Position numbers and translations under genes: made by a program. Below are positions 62,440-64,000 of a stretch of 64,000 nucleotides of DNA, in pieces. The notes under the pieces are model-generated. The model made no database searches and was not told where the DNA came from. It saw only the letters and a list, made by a program, of their open reading frames with translations. The first letter of the stretch is position 1. Each line of letters begins with the position of its first letter. The stretch is from Octopus sinensis (lineage: Eukaryota). The stretch lies in the NCBI RefSeq assembly GCF_006345805.1, contig NC_043002.1, positions 95,790,001-95,854,000 on the forward strand, read 5' to 3'.

Positions 62440-62810
62440 ATTTAACTGAGCATGCTGGGTGCATTTTACATGCCACCAGCACAGGTGTGTTTATGCACCA
62501 GCATGGGTGCATTTTATGTGGCACCAACACCTGAAAGTACAAGCCTGTATGTATGAAAGACAGCGCTTTTACTTCGCTTGATGCGTCTTCTCAAGTACAG
62601 CAAATCACAACTCCCAGTCCCTTGTCATTTCCTCAGTGAGGCCCAGCATCTGAAGATCTCTTCTCACCACTTCATCCCACGTCTTCCTGGGTCTACCCCT
62701 TCCACAAGTTCCCTCCATAATCAGAACTTGACATTTTTTTATGCAGTTGTCCTCATCTATGTGCATCATGTGACCAAACCAAGCATAGTCTTCTTTCTTA
62801 CACACAACTG
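62440..62810 (-). pseudogene. RTE LINE C-terminal and 3' UTR remnant
   Basis: WFGHMMHIDED..IKKCQ..EGTCGRGRPRKTWDEVVRRDL..LGLTEEMTRD, homologous to the end of ORF 54752-55972. Confidence 0.88.
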
Positions 62811-64000
62811 ATGTCTCTTATACTCTTATTTAAAATTTTTTTTTTTTTTTTGCTGAAACTCAATGGGACATGCTTCATAATATTTGGTAATCCCATTATT
62901 TGTCTTTCTTTCTTTCTCTATCCCTTTCTTCTTCGTTTGAAAGACAACTACCTGAATGTATTAGTTGAATTAATTGACTACCAATTGTTCTATTATTCTA
63001 TATTAATGACATTCAAGGCTGTCTATAGATATAGGGCAAATATGAAATATTAAATGCATAAATAGCATAGAATTTCAAGTCACTTGCTTATATTGACAAT
63101 TTATTAAAAAAAATTTACACCAAAAATGGATAATTTACCAAAAAAATTTTACATCATTTCCTCTCTCACATCAAAAATGGATGAACCAATCAATTGATGG
63201 TACTGAAGAATAAAAATGTGTCTACCACTTCATTCACACAACAAAGATTGTAGCATGATGTATTCACAATTGGTGATCCTGAAACCAACATGAGAAGACC
63301 TTATGTACATGCATCACTTGTTGTTTTGGAACACACACACACACACGCATACACACGCATACACACGCATACACACTAAGTGAACAAACGAACAATTACT
63401 GTTTAACTACTTTTAAAAATATTTAATATTTGCTTCAAACCAAACACTTACCTCATCCGGATAGAACCACCTTAAGTAAGACAAAAATATAATATCAATG
63501 ATGGTAACAATGACAAGGAGCTTGCCAACCAGTTTTCCTGTGTTGTAGTACCTTTGAAAAAGAATGTATTAATATTATTTGTTATTTACTGTGATGCTGA
63601 TTAATACATCATATGAAATAGTCTGTGACAATAAGAATGATTTACTTGCATTTCACACAATAATATTGATAGTATTTATTTTATCAGCTTGTGAAAGATT
63701 AACACACAAAAGTGATACAGGGGAGTAAACTCCAAAAGACTTTTTTAAGTCCCATCAGCATCAAACAACGATCTTATGTAATGCATAGTATAGTAATTAA
63801 CCCAATCATCTTAGCTGAAAACAGTTATCATATTCTTCACAAACTTATGCAAGAACAGGTACCAAGATGTTAAACATTTGCTTTAAAAATTCATGAAAAT
63901 ATTCATATTTAAAGAACCAGTCCTAAAAAAGAAACCCAACTTTTATATAGCAGATTGGCAGGCTGAAGAATGAACTTTTTTTTTAGTGTAGATATTAAAT

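Overview
AT-rich, repeat-saturated eukaryotic DNA. The repeat repertoire ((TA)n/(TTA)n/(GATA)n tracts, tRNA-headed SINEs, RTE 3' tails ending GGACGTTAAA(TGA)n) suggests an octopus or other coleoid cephalopod, which is an inference. No host protein-coding gene can be firmly supported; there are only weak exon candidates near 1.7-4.4 kb and 11.9 kb on the minus strand, and almost all ORFs in the track are microsatellite or antisense artefacts. Transposable elements present: three copies of one D,D34D mariner (19608-20900, 39296-40586, 51157-52383), a decayed hAT/ZMYM1-type element with nested insertions (~38650-43322), a near-intact 5'-truncated RTE LINE with a PHD-type finger inside its RT (53092-56792), R4/Dong-type RLE retrotransposons in (TAA)n arrays (12.3-15.9 kb), L1/Tx1 and CR1 remnants, several Penelope GIY-YIG remnants, three non-autonomous Helitrons (one head-to-tail tandem), a MITE with a 6-bp TSD, and modular SINE families. 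The main hidden signal is a set of about eight type I hammerhead ribozyme motifs in mostly unrelated sequence contexts. Each has a palindromic (dimer-type) stem III and lies beside (TA)n tracts, and several sit in direct-plus-inverted repeat structures typical of Penelope pseudo-LTRs. I interpret these as a diverse population of ribozyme-bearing Penelope/retrozyme-like elements.
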